From contig OZ316895.1 in assembly GCA_973895155.1 (NCBI GenBank), positions 19,792,803 through 19,856,802 of the forward strand: a stretch of 64,000 nucleotides of DNA, in the 5' to 3' direction. The notes below the pieces were generated by a model. The model did not search any database, had not been told where the DNA came from, and was given only the letters and a program-made list of their open reading frames with translations. Each line of letters starts with the position of its first letter. The first letter of the stretch is position 1. The DNA comes from Marsupella aquatica (Eukaryota > Plantae > Marchantiophyta). The translations under genes and the position numbers were made by a program. This document shows, in pieces, positions 12,676-25,974 of this stretch.

Positions 12676-14435
12676 TGTCCGGGTGACCGTATTTTCTGGC
12701 AAGAGCATGTTGGCTCTTTTGAAGTTAACCTTGCATGCTCATAAGTTCTACACTAAAATCAAAATGATAATTCTAGTAACAAGGGTAGTGGGTATTAAGA
12801 AAGGTTCAGATCCATGACTTCAATAAAGGACAAAGATGATGCACTCCCACTCCTCTTGGTACGACACCACTGGGTATATTATTGGCTCGTTAGAAACCAT
12901 AACAGCAGTTGCAAACTGAGCTCCAAAATGATAGGTTAGATGTTGCCTCATAGATCGTTTATCTAAAAGATGGACTCTAATCAAAAACGGAATACGAAGG
13001 GGAAGATCAGGGATAACTCTCTCTCCTGGATTCATGATGGCTCTCCTATTCCTTTGCTATCCGGGCCAAAGGACGCCCCACCCCTATATTCCCAAAGAAA
13101 CCTTATTCCCTAAGGTCCCATCTATAAGTCTACCACTCATTCCTTTGCTATCCGGGCCAAAGGACGCCCCACTACTATGTTCAAGGCACAAAAGAGCTTC
13201 ACAACCTTGAATGATAAACACTGCAGAATGAGGGGAGAGTGCCCCTCACCACTTTATTTATAGTGCACACCAAGAGGGCATGGATCAAGCCCAAGCACTT
13301 GGATGAAGGCCAAGTGTCAAACATCTAATACCAAAGAGTGTGCTAGTACTGTTCATAGTTGGTGAAACTACTTTTAGTAGGTGAAACTACCATGCGTTGG
13401 TGGAACTACTATGCGTTGGTGGACCTACTGTGCGTTGGTAAAACTACTGTGCGTTAGTAAAACTACTATGCGCTGATGGATCTACTGTGCGTTGGTAGAA
13501 CTACTATGCGTTGGTGAATATTATTGTAGTTGGTGCTACTCATATGCATTGGTGGAACTACTATAGTCCGTTAATATAGCTAAAGAGTTTTAATAAAATC
13601 TAAATTTAATAATCTAACTACTAAATTACTTATATAATCTATAGCATATTAAAACAAACAATTTTTTATAACTTAAGAGAAAATCACGATATATCACCCC
13701 TACCAAACCTGTGCATCCTCCGGTATGCACCACACCTAGAATCGTTATATGTCTTCTTCATCTAAAGCCTCATAGTCGTCGGGTTCAAACTCTTCCTCTG
13801 TCACAAATCAAGTTCGTCGTTTAAACAATTTCACTCGCTTCCCTGCATAGGGATTGCGATGAATTGCTCCATCAAGTTCTCTTACCACATATGTTGCATT
13901 AGGACGAACCTCCTCCACCACAAATGGTCCTCTCCAACGACGTGCAAACTTCTTCAGAGTAGAATGTTGCTGTTCCAATCCTCCCTCATAGATCAAGACC
14001 CAATCTCCATTCTGGATGGGAATTGGTCTCAAACGATGGGTCTTGTCAAATCGTTCCTTATTCTTCTCACGAGCCTCCTTTAGCCTTAGTAACGCCTCCT
14101 CAATCTTCTCCTTGGTCTGGCTAAAGTGCTCAATCCTTCGCTCTAGCAACTTTTCTCGGGAGATTCTATCTTGCCATTCAATCATCCTCCAACTCTGAAC
14201 ATTTTTCTCAATCGGCATCAAAGGCAAATGTCCAAAGACTAATTCGGCAGGCGTAATTCCTGTTGTGGTAGTGCATGTCATTCAATCTGCCAAAAGAGCA
14301 AATGGTAGAAGATTGGGCCAAAGCGATGGTTTTCCTCGGTAAGATTTCACCAAGGCATTCACTATTGGTGGGTGCCCTCGCTCAATCTTTCCATTTCCTT
14401 CTGGGTTGTAGGCAGTAGTGAGTTTGAGCTTGATG
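12676..14435 (-). mobile_element. Truncated Ty3/gypsy fragment (3' LTR 12676-13696, PPT, integrase C-terminus) inside the copia 5' LTR
   Basis: TTAYNPEGNGKIERGH...GITPAELVFGH...RWRGPFVVEEV (integrase core end and GPY/F motif); purine tract GGTAGGGG on - immediately before TGATATAT at 13696. Confidence 0.85.
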
Positions 14436-14927
14436 TTGAACCGGTCAAAACGATTTCGACGACGAAGGGTGGTAAGGGGTTTTGAGGGTTCGAGGACATG
14501 TGTCAGCCCCTCGATTGTTCTTCCAAAATTCCCACAGGGCCTGTACAAGGGTCATAGAATATTCCAAAAAACCAGAGAGCTATTTTTTGACCGTCCGACA
14601 AAGATTGCATCCGCCGAACGGTAACTTTTTTGGTTATTTTTTGGCGAGGTCGTAGCCATTGAAGTTGGCAAGCGGCGCACCAATCACATTGCAATTCTGA
14701 CAACGGGTTGTACTTGGTATTTCGGTTATTCCCTGAGGTGGTCAAAACGGGGGAGTTTCCCAAGGTTTTACCCACCTCGACCGAAATTTGAATAACTTTT
14801 CCGTCAAATTTTGATTTTGATTTCGGTTTTCAGTATTGGACTCCTAGCTTTGTGGGCTACGCGGCGGTGTTGAGTTTTGAGTTTTTTGAGAAGTTGTGAA
14901 AAACAACATTTTTTGTGATTTTCTCAT

Positions 14928-17900
14928 ATGAATGATTCGGAGGAGTTTTTCGAAGACGTGGAACTTGAAGCACGAGGATCACCGCGGAGGTTTCAGGGGC
15001 AGAGAGAGGAGCAGGAGGAAGAGCACGTGACACCGATACCATCACCGGTGCGGCGTGTGGTGGAGGAAGCTGTACTACTACCGGAGCTCACGGTAGTGCC
15101 AAAGAAGAAGATGGGGACTTTCAAGCTTGGGGGACCCAAGTATGAAGTGACAAAGTATGATGGGCGCTCTGACTACTTGCTATGGGAGAAGCAGGTGAAG
15201 GGAGTGCTCTATGCGTCAGGGATGGGCCAATTGCTGAGCCCTCGTGAAGACGATGTTGATGAGAAACAATGGGACCGCATGCAGGAGCAGGGAGTGTGGT
15301 GTGTTACACTCTATCTCATGCCTCCCATCATCAAGCAGTTGGGTGCACATAAGGATTGCATGTCCTTGTTTACGGAATTGCAGAGCAAGTATCACCGCAA
15401 GGAGTTGTCGAACCGGCTCTACACTTCCTACAAACTGATGAGTTTCAGGATGAAGGAATCCGGTACGAAGTTGCAAGACCATGTGGATGCTTTCAACGAC
15501 ATGGTCGTTGACTTGGAAAACCTTGGGGAGACTTTGAATGATGAGACGAAGGCTCTGCAGCTTCTTAGTTCATTGCCTCCATCTTACCAGTCCCTATCAC
15601 GAGTGTTGTTGCATCGTGATAGGGATACCATTTCATAAAATGACGTGGTAAGTTCTCTGCTTAGTGATGATCTTCAGCAGAAGATGCACATCACGTCACA
15701 GCCTTCATCATCTGGTGCTGCCCTCAATGTTAACCGTGGAAGGAGTATGCAGTGACCAACTGGGGACCGTAGAACCCAGTTTAGATCTAAATCCAGATCT
15801 AAGTCCAAGGGTAAATCCCCTCAGAGGAGGCAGGTGACATGTTGGAAGTGCAACCAAGTTGGACACTTCAAGCGAGACTATAAGGGAAAGGCAGCGGAAA
15901 CTTCATCGGCAAATGTGGCTAGGGCTGATGGAGAAGCTGATTTACTCAATGATGAGTATGTTTTATGAAGTCGGGGGTATGCCCTGTGCACGTCATCTAG
16001 GAGAGTAGATGATGTATGGATTCTTGATTGTGCTTGCTCTTTTCATATTTGTTACATTCGTGAGTTTTTCAGTTCTTACTCTGTTTCAAACAGTTCAGTT
16101 CTGATGGGAAATGATCACTCCTGTCAAATTGAGGGAATTGGGTCTGTGAAGATTAAAATGTTTGATGGCGCTGTGCGCACAGTGTCCGAAGTCAGGTATG
16201 TACCTGGCATGCGTAAGAATCTGATTTCACTCGGTGTGTTGGATTCAAATGGTCATCAATGGAGCGTTATTGATGGTGAACTTCAAGTCAGGTCGGGAGA
16301 GACAGTGATTTTGAAGGGGAGTAGACAAAAGAATTTGTATGTGTTACAGGGCAATACTGTATGTGGAGAGGCCAATGTAACCAAGTCTCACGAGGAGATG
16401 ACTCAACTGTGGCATTCATGGCTAGGCCACATGAGTGAGAAGGGTTTGGCTATCTTACGGAAGAATGGACTCATTTCTGATTTGCAATCTTGTAAATTAG
16501 AGTTTTGTGAGCATTGCATTCTTGGAAAGCAGCATCGTCGTGCTTTTGGTGTTGGAACTCATCGTTCCAAAGCGGTTCTTGAGTACATACATAGTGACGT
16601 GTGGGGTCCATCCCCGACTCCCTCACACTCTGGAAAATTATACTATGTATCATTTATTGATGATTACTCAAGATTTGTGTGGATTTATTTCATGACGCAT
16701 AAGTCTGATGTCTTGTCCATTTTTAAGAAGTGGAAGGCCTAGGTGGAGAATCAGACTGGAAACACGATCAAGTGTTTGGATACAAGGGTGAAGAATCTGA
16801 GGTCAGACAACGGCGGGGAGTACACTTCAATGGAATTTGAAGAGTACTGTTCAGAACAGGGGATAACTCGCCATCTCACCATAGTTTATACTCCGTAGCA
16901 GAATGGTGTCGCTGAGAGACTCAATCGGACACTGTTGGAGCGGTCATGGAGTATGTTGAGCCAATCAGGTTTACCACAAGAATTTTGGGCAGAAGCTGTC
17001 AATACCGCAGCTTATTTGGTAAATCTTTCTCCTTCTAGTGCTATCAATTTCAAAACGTCGTTTGAGATGCGCTATAAGCGGCAAGCAGACTATCATGGCT
17101 TGGTAGTTTTTAGAAGTGATGCATATGCTCTCACACCGAAGCAGAATAGGATCAAGTTGGATCCTACCTCCAAGAAATGTGTTTTTCTTGGGTACCAGAG
17201 TGGTGTGAAAGCCTATAGGCTATGGGATCCTATTGCCTGTAAGCTCGTTGTCAGTAGGGATGTTTCCTTCAATGAATCCAGATTATTGAAGGAGGGGGAG
17301 AATACTCAGGTCTCCCGTACTGACAAAGGAAAATCTTCTATCCCGGATCTCGTTGAGGGGGAGATTGGTTATGAGGTGCATGACCGGAGAGAAGGAGTTG
17401 CTCCAATTATGGAGCTGGTTCCTGTGCCAGAGGAACCAGAGGAGTTTGTTGATGCTAGTGAGCAGCAAGTGGATGTTGTTGAGCTTCAAATTGTACCAGC
17501 ACACACAGATCAACCGGAGTCATCGGCTAGAAGAACATTTGGTCGCACTGTACACGCTCCACCAAGGTATGGACAGTGGGTTGATTCATCTCAACTGCAA
17601 GAGGATGATTTTACAGCTGATGATGAGGGTGATGCGTTAATTTTGGAAGAAGGGGAACCTTCTTCATTTCATGAAGCAAGTGCTTCAAAGGAGAAGCATA
17701 AGTGGACTGCAGCAATGCAAACGGAGATGCAGTCACTAAAGGACAACAAAACTTGGGAGCTTGTTAAGCTGCCTAAGGGTCAGCAAGTGGTGGACAGCAA
17801 GTGGATTTATAAGCTGAAGGATAATTCCATAGGAGGTGGATCGAAAGTCTACAAGGCTAGGTTGGTAGCAAAGGGATTCACACAAGAGAAAGGTGTGGAT

Positions 17901-19213
17901 TACAATGAGGTCTTCTCACCAGTTGCTAAGTACTCTACAATACGACTATTGTGTGTACTTGTTGTAATGTTTGGTCTGCTGCTAGATCAGATGGATGTTG
18001 TCACAACTTTCCTCTATGGCACATTGGAAGAGGTGATCTTCATGAGACAACCGCTAGGTTTTGTGAAGAGAGGACAGGAGGAATTGGTTTGCAGATTGCT
18101 GAAATCCTTGTATGGGTTGAAGCAGTCACCAAGACAGTGGAACAAGCGGTTTGACGATTGGATTCGGTCACAAGGTTTTCACATAAGTGTATTTGATCCT
18201 TGTGTGTATTTGAAACCGGTAAAGAATGTTGTCTTTGGGTTCATTGTTTTAGTACTTTATGTGAATGATATGCTAATTGCAGCCAAGGATAGGTGTGAGA
18301 TTGTTAAGCTCAAGGCACTGCTTAGTGCAGAGTTTAAGATGAAGGACTTAGGGCTAGCTAAGAGGATTTTGGGTATGGAGATCACTATGGACTTGGAGGC
18401 TGGCAAACTATGGTTAACGCAGAGCAGTTATGCGAGGAAGGTAATTGCAAGGTTCAACATGGGGAATAGCAAGCCAGTAAATACCCCGTTGGCTCCACAC
18501 TTCAAGTTATTATCAGCGTTCTGTCCTACGGATGACATAGAGAAGGGGTTGATGTCAAAGGTTCCGTATGACAAGGCAGTGGGGAGTCTCATGTATTTGA
18601 TGACTTGCACTAGACCTGATCTTGCCATGGCTATGGGCAAGGTGAGCAGGTACATGTCAAATCCAGGGAAGGTACACTGGGAAGCAGTGAAGTGGATTAG
18701 TACTTGAAGGGTACCGTGGATCATGGTCTTTTATTTGATGCGAATGCAAAGAATGCTAAATCATTGATTGGCTATGTTGATTCTGACTATGGACAAGATT
18801 TGGACCAAAGGAGATCAACAACAGGATACGTGTTCACACTTGGCGGTGGATGCATAAGTTGGAGGTCTACTTTGCAGAAGTGTATTGCTCAGTCTACTAC
18901 AAAAGCGGAGTATGTTGCAGCTGCAGAAGCAGCAAAGGAAGCAATTTGGTTGGATAGACTTATCACTGAAATGGGATTGCCACAGGGGAATGTGAAGCTC
19001 CATTGTGATAGTCAAAGTGCGCTCCACCTTGCTGTGAACCAGGTGATGGACAGCAGAGTGAAGTACATTGACGTCAGGTATCATTTTATCAGGCAGACTG
19101 TGTCTGATAATTTGTTTGAGCTAGTCAAGATTGATGGTAAACTCAACCCGGCTGACGCATTTACCAAAGTGATTCCTTTGGAGAGTTTCTTTAGACACCG
19201 TGACGTATTGTAG
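14928..19213 (+). pseudogene. Copia gag-pol (gag, zinc knuckle, protease, integrase, RT, RNase H) with several stops and frameshifts
   Basis: [74 protein letters not shown]. Confidence 0.95.
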
Positions 19214-20001
19214 GTTTTGCAGTTGCATCATAAGTAGAGTTTTCTTAACATTCATTATAATTACTGATATATGCTCTTCCTCATTCCTATGTATTAGGCT
19301 ACGGCTTAGTTCTGGTTTGCTCTAGTTAGAGAGGGAAACCGGTTTGGTTTTTGTCCAGAACTTCCCGCTGAGGGATCATATACATTGGCAGTATTACTCT
19401 CCCCTAGACCAGAGTCAAGGGGAAGATTGTTGGGTATTTACTCTTACGTCTAGGTTAGGTATGACGTGGTTGGTACAACAACGTGGGTTGGTACAACTAC
19501 GTGGTTAGGTACAACTACGTGATTAGGTACAACTATGTGGTTAGGTACAACTACGTGATTAGGTACAACTATGTGATTAGCTACAACTAAGTTGCACACT
19601 ATATCATAAGAGGCATGTGTGCTTGGAGAGGTAGAACCAAGGCTCATTGTTATGGAGCCACTTGAGAGATAGGGAGAGCTTACACTGTGGAGACTCGGTA
19701 TAGCCGACGGGCTTAGAGTTCAGTAAAGCTCTCTTGTGTGTTCCCGTGGACGTAGCCTCAAGGAGGTGAACCACGTATCTCTTGTGTCGACTATTGTGCG
19801 TTGGATGGTTCATGGGCTTGCCGTTGCGATCGTCGTCTATGCTCAACAGATCCTACCTATCTTGGAGAGCCTCTCCGAGATCAATCTTACCCATATGGGA
19901 GAGGGTGTCCGAGATCGTAATTGTGGACACATTTTTCAACTATCTCGGAGAGCCTCTCCGAGATGACTTCTATTGAAATGCCAAAATTAAAGTGAACTTA
20001 C

Positions 20002-23000
20002 AGCTTTTTTGCTTGATACCATGTAGCAAGGTGTGTCATTCCAAATGGTGAATGAGTCAATGTGATCCAACTTCTCAGCCCAGTCAATGTGAAGGTACTC
20101 AAAGATTGAGTCTGTGTGGGCAAATAAACCACTGTGCACGCACAAGAAACCGTCGTTTGTGAGTAGAGAGTCTGCCAATGTCGTCGCCACTTCTAGGTCA
20201 CTGAGCCAAAATCTATTCCACACCGGAACATTATTTTCAGCCTGCGCTATGCGATAATCTGTCCCTAGCTTAACAAAGATCATATCACAACCATGGCCCT
20301 TAGGTACACCATCAACTATCCAACCTTGTTTTTGCAAGCCAACCAACTTCAATTTCTTACACCAGTCCCGGAATTCCCTCATGAATGGAGGGAGAGGCAA
20401 CTTTCCCATGGTTGGCTGGTATTTGTCCATCAACCAAGAAGAACACTCTAGTAAGGTCATATGCTCTTTTGCATGGCAAAATCGCAGAGCAGATGTAATA
20501 GCATGAGAGGGCCGAGGTACTCCCAAAATTTTGCAAAGATCATCCTCCGGAATTTTTGGGGCTTCTATTGAAACTGGCTTCTTTGTGGGTTTGTCTATTC
20601 TCTTCTCGGCTTTCTTCTTTGGCCGACTGGTTGGCTTACCAGAGATCTGTGGTTTGCTTGGGGTCCCACTTGGGGTCCCGCTTGGGGTTGAAAGGTCAGG
20701 CTCCTCCTCCTCCTCATGGCCCTCTGCATTGTCCCCGGTGGCCATCTGATCCTCCTCTCCATTGTCCCACTCGCCGCTTTCTCATCCTCCTCTCCATTGT
20801 CCCTGGTCTTTCTCGGCTCCATCTTCTCATCCATTGGACAACGTTTGCTTGAGGTAGACCCTTGGGTTCCAATCTTTTCTTTACTTTTTTTTGTAGAACA
20901 AAGTAAGGAGTTTAGTATACATTTTACAATGATACTATCTCGGAGAGGCTCTCAAACATAGGTCAGATGTACAATGTAAGCTAGGGTGTAAACCTTACAT
21001 GGAGTGCCTTGTTCTGAGGTGGTGTCTTTTGATTCCTTTTCTTTCTTCCCCCGAACCTTCTTCCCATCATACCCTGGCTCTCCAAGAGGCAAAATGGCCT
21101 CCAAGTCCAATGCAGCCTTTGTCGACTGCTCAAGATCTGGCAACTTTGAAGGCGCAAAAAGGTTGTCTGGTAGTTTCCCTTCCTTTAGGAGGTTGGCAGC
21201 TTCCTTCTCTTTGGGCGTAATGAACTCAATCCAATCATTGAACTCCATGAATCATGGACAATTTTATCTCTCCCAGTCTAAAAAGACTCTTGCTGCTGGC
21301 TTCAGCCCGTCTGTTGGATACATTGACAGCGGGCCTTTCTCCGTCATCCATGCAGTTAGAGCACTTGGTAACACTTTGAAAGTAGAGGCTCCAATGCTCT
21401 CCTGATGAAGTAAATATCTGACCACACACCTCTTTGCACGCTTCCTCCACACATCTTTGCTTTGCTTTGCTGGATTCCACATCTTATTGCCCTCCTCATA
21501 GGACCGAGTCTGTACAAATTGCTTGTAAATCTTGTTGTGAAACTCAACAAACTCGTCTTTGCTTCCATTGAAGTTCTGCCACTCACCATAATCATATGCA
21601 CTCTCGGCAAACTCTGACATGATCAAACTGCCAACATGGGCAATGTAACACCACATTGACCACACTAGCAACCAAGCTCTCACTGCTAAATCACCATATA
21701 CATCTGGATGGTGGTATCACTTATTATCCTCCGCGGTTGAGAAATGAACGCGTAGTAACTTGTTTCGACACTCAGCAGGCATCACTGCACTTGCAAACAA
21801 TTTAACTCGATCCAACCCCACTTGCACTTGTGGCCGATCTTTTTGTTTACTCTGCAACTGGTGCAGCTCCTCGGCAATCTCCAAAAATTCCTCTCCATTT
21901 GCTGGATTGACAATCTGAGCAAACTTCTGCATTTTGCCCTCCCAAGACCTACAGGCTTCACTCGTCATGAGTGCGGTTTCCTTCTGGAACTTATCCGAAC
22001 TCCAGGCATGGCCAATTGCAGCATCGGTTGCCATCTCCTTCGCAAGACAAATCCTCCCGTCTTCAATATTATTCCACGACATGATGTACACAATAGCATC
22101 CTTTGTCATGCACTTGCTATAGCATGTCTTTCCATGCCCATGGCTTCTTGCTGCTAAGAATCTAGCATAACCATCCGGATGAAGCAATGTTTGATACTCC
22201 TCCAAAGGTGTCATCAACAACTTCTTCACCCTGTCTGCATCGGTCAACCAAGATGTCTGCACAATGTTTGCGCTTATCTTGCGTAAAAGAAGCGACAAAT
22301 GTTGGCGTCAAAGGCTATGTACAAGCAAATTACATCTCTGTCAGATGCTCTCCGAGAAGGCATGGATATCTCGGAGAGGCTCTCTGAGAAGGCATGGATC
22401 TTCAAGAAGGCATGGATATCTCAAAGAGGCTCTCCGAGAAGGCATGGATCTTCAAGAAGGCATGGATATCTCGGAGAGGCTCTCCGAGAAGGCATCGCTC
22501 TCCAAGAAGGCATTGATATCTTGGAGAGGCTCTCTGAGAAGGCATCGCTCTTCAAGAAGGCATGGATATCTCGGAGAGGCTCTCTGAGAAGGCATCGCTC
22601 TTCAAGAAGGCATGGATATCTTGGAGAGGCTCTCCGAGAAGGGAAGGTTCTTTCTATCTCAGAGAGCCTCTCCGAGATAGCATTTTGAGTGCCAAACATT
22701 GTATGTGTGTATGTATCTATCTTGGAGAGCCTCTCTGAGATAGGATTGCCTATGTGGGTGCAAAAGAACGACAAATGCAAGAACAACCAAAAACCAAGGG
22801 GGCGGTCACTTACGCATTGAGGCCGTGCATTTCCTGCTCAATCTTCCTGAATCCTTGTTTTCCAGGTTGTAGAAGAGAGAATCTCATGCAAGGGTGGTAC
22901 TTCTGCTCGTCAAGATACTCTTCAGCCACTTGTCTCCATGCATTCAGGCGATGATTTCCATCAAACACCCAAAACATCTTACCCTTCAAAACATGAAACT

Positions 23001-23486
23001 CCTCGTACTCATCACACTCCATCTCAATTTTTGCGTTAGCTTGTTCCCATAGAGGGTCCCAATCCGCGGAAAATTCAGACAGGAGTGGGTGGCGTTATGC
23101 GCATTGGTCTCTGATATGTGGAATTCCCAAAACTTGTCCACATACCCATTCTTCACGAAGTCCTTCTTCATCTTGAGAATGGAACTCTGTTGGAGAGTCC
23201 AAACTGCCTCCATTGTCATCAAACGACATAGTGGAATCCAAGGTGGCTCTCTGGGCTTCCCGCTTGGTTCAGCTCCGAATGAAACCAAGTACTCCCCAAC
23301 AATCCCCTCGAATGCACCTTTGTTCAAACGTTCACCAGACACATTTTCAAAGTTCAGAACCTTCGGCTCCAGCTTCTTCACTGTGTGAGTTTCCCGACCA
23401 CTGGCGGTGCTCTCTGTTGTCTTTGATCTGGTCTGCCGACCAGACAATGAAGGAGAGGGAGTGGGTTGCTTCCTCTTCCCTGTCAT
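20002..23486 (-). pseudogene. MULE cargo gene, 5' exons: ParB/Sulfiredoxin-like domain, unknown helical region, N-terminal half of MTase-like fold
   Basis: ATG at 23486; WIPLCRLMTMEAVWTL...KDFVKNGY and FWVFDGNHRLNAW (ParB/Srx GxHR motif); ORFs 21717-22298, 21264-21683 and 20952-21248 share one frame broken by point stops; CDMIFVKLGTDY...DSLLTNDGFLCVH...FTIWND resembles MTase motifs IV-VII; donor GTAAGT at 20001 joins 11800 in phase 0. Confidence 0.7.
22345..22742. repeat. Palindrome array C (intronic), about 8 copies, mostly 50-bp period
   Basis: Unit approximately GGCATGGATATCTCGGAGAGGCTCTCCGAGAAGGCATCGCTCTTCAAGAA, inside the intron that opens with GTAAGT near 22813 on -. Confidence 0.9.
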
Positions 23487-23519
23487 TTTCAAACCTCACC
23501 AACTACTGAATTGCACGAG

Positions 23520-24000
23520 CGCAACTTGCACAGCACTTGCACTGCCCATAGCTCAGTCGCAGCAAGCTCAATCACTGGCAGTGGCATAACACACAACACA
23601 ATCACACTACTTGCACAGCACTCGCACCGCACCGCCACAGGTCATCGCACTCAATCGCACCGCTTCCACCACTTGCACTCACAATCGCACCGCTTCCAGC
23701 ACTCATACCACCACAACTCAGTCGTAGCAAGCTCAATCACTGGCAGTGGCACAACACACAACACAATTGCACCGCTTCTAGCACTCGCACCACCACAACT
23801 CAGTCGCAGCAAGCTCAATCATTGGCAGTGGCACAACACACAACACAATTGCACCGCTTTCATAGCACTCGCACTTGCACCGCCACAGGTCATCGCACTC
23901 AATCGCACCGCTTCCACCACTCGCACTCACAACCGTACTACTTCCAGCACTTGCACCACCACAGCTCACAGCACACAGCTCATAGCACACAGCACACGGA
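23520..24000. repeat. CA-rich degenerate tandem repeats upstream of the cargo-gene ATG
   Basis: Repeated blocks CTCAGTCGCAGCAAGCTCAATCACTGGCAGTGGCACAACACACAACACAAT and CACTCAATCGCACCGCTTCCACCAC. Confidence 0.75.
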
Positions 24001-24589
24001 GAGGGAAAGATCACAAAGCAACTTACGCTCTCCGAGAAACATGAGGTCTTGCACTCGCTCGGCCTCAATTGCTCGCCTTTCAAATGAGGAAAGGCAAGAG
24101 ACGGCGGGGACTCACCAAAGTAGTCATTATCATCATTAGGCAAAGGAAGATCTAGGGGCATCACAACTGAATTCACTATTGCCGTCATGCAGGTCGAGTC
24201 CCATCCAAGCAACGGGAGATCTATGGGACCACTCATTGATTACAAGTGGTAGGGGCCACGGGAGGAAGTTGACATGTTAGCAGTTTATTGGCTTATATGT
24301 AGTCGTACTTTGATAATGATGAATGCCTAGATTTGACTCATGTCAGAGTTGCAACACTGAAGTACCTATACAGATGCTTTCATTATTACTCCCCCTTCAC
24401 GCTATAATGTCCTTGGTACGATTGACTCCAGACCAGATAAGGTTTCCTATCATTCCTTGGTATTAATGAGTACGATCGCTCAACGACCGGATTTAATTCC
24501 AAAAAATATACAGTACTCACATGACATGTCAGGCCAGTCTCAACTTCCTCATTGTCTCCAAGATGACATGTCATGCCAGCTAGGACCCA

Positions 24590-25866
24590 TGTCAGAGAAG
24601 CTCTCCACTCTGACATATAAAGTCGGGACTTAAGTCGGAGAGGCTCTCCAAGATGACATGTCATGGAGGACCCATGTCAAAAAGGCTCTCCGAGATGACA
24701 TGTGTGGGGACTTAAGTCGGAGAGGCTCTCCGAGTTGACATGTAAAGTGGGGACTTAAGTCGGAGAGGCTCTCCGAGATGACATGTAAAGTGGGGACTTA
24801 AGTTGGAGAGGCTCTCCGAGATGACATATCATGGAGGACCCATGTCAGAGCCTCTCCAAAATTGAATATACACAAGATCAGACCTTGGAGAGGCTCTTTG
24901 AGTTGACATATCAGGTTGGTGATAACTTTGGAGAGCCTCTCTGACAAATATTGGGCCTAATCCTTGCTACACACCTGAAGATGGCATCTCGAAGAGCCTC
25001 TCCAACATGGGTGGAGACTTCATACCTGCGCAAGATGGTATCTCGAAGAGCCTCTCCAACATGGGTCAAGGCTACATACCTCCACAAGATGGCATCTTGG
25101 AGAGCCTCTCCAAGATGAAACTTGGTGAGATCCGGTGCAAGATCTAATCTCGGAGAGCCTCTCCAAGATGGGTCGAGGCTACATACCTCCGCAAGATGGC
25201 ATCTCCAAGGAGGTGTTTACAAAAGACAGCAAACAGGAAACAAGATTTAATAACAAAACTGGTAACAGGAAAATGGGTGAAAAAAAAATTTGAAATTTTT
25301 TTTGAAATTTTTTTTTGAGAAAAAAAAAAGGTTTTTTTTCAGTCGACCAGTTTTTTTTGCTAGCGCCCAAAGCTAGCCAAAAATGTTGCATTGTTAATTT
25401 TTTTTGGAAATAACATGTTTTAGGAGACATTTTTAAATTGTCATTTTTCCTGGTAACAATGATTTTTTCCTGGTAATTATAGCATATTGAAAACAGGAAA
25501 AAAAATTCTTGTTTACCTGTTTCCTGTCTCCATCGCTATACCCTCTCCAAGAGCCTCTCCAAGATGAAACTTGGTGAGATCCAGTGCAAGATCTAATCTC
25601 GGAGAGCCTCTCCAAGATGGGTTGAGGCTTCATACCTCCGCAAGATGGCATCTCGGAGAGCTCTCCAAGATGAAACTTGGTGAGATCCGGTGCAAGATCT
25701 AATCTCAAAGAGCCTCTCCAAGATGGTTCGAAGCTTCATACCTCCGCAAGATGGTATCTCAGAGAGCCTCTCCAAGATGAAACTTGGTGAGATCCGGTGC
25801 AAGATCTAATCTCGGAGAGCCTCTCTAACATGGGTTGAGGCTTCCAGATGGCATCTTAGAGAGCCT
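24590..25866. repeat. Palindrome array D between the divergent cargo and transposase genes, about 20 copies in at least two unit types
   Basis: Units GGGACTTAAGTCGGAGAGGCTCTCCGAGATGACATG (about 42 bp) and GATGGCATCTCGGAGAGCCTCTCCAAGATG (about 54 bp, alternating spacers). Confidence 0.9.
25210..25543 (-). mobile_element. MITE family A, copy 2, inserted into one palindrome
   Basis: 8-bp TSD TCTCCAAG at 25202-25209 and 25544-25551; reverse complement similar to 3064-3382. Confidence 0.88.
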
Positions 25867-25974
25867 AATGGACACCCTAAACTTAGTCACTGTCACTAAT
25901 AGTTTTCATGCTCACTCACAAGGGTACATTGTCAAGAAGGATTCTCACATATTCAACGAGGGAAGAATATTTGT

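Larger units (their letters stand above)
12327..19848 (+). mobile_element. Ty1/copia (Tnt1-like) LTR retrotransposon inserted in the MULE cargo-gene intron
   Basis: TSD GATCC at 12322-12326 and 19849-19853; 3' LTR 19428-19848 after PPT AAGGGGAAGAT; 5' LTR 12327-12675 truncated by a gypsy fragment; both LTRs contain 18-bp tandem repeats like GTACAACTATGTGGTTAG. Confidence 0.93.

Noticed and set aside
19987-23492. Bacterial or phage contamination as the source of the ParB/MTase-like motifs
   Set aside because: The gene has GT-AG introns, nested plant-type retrotransposons and lies within TSD-bounded MULE ends.
23466-24236. His/Thr/Ser-rich ORFs
   Set aside because: By-products of CA-rich tandem repeats with no domain signal.
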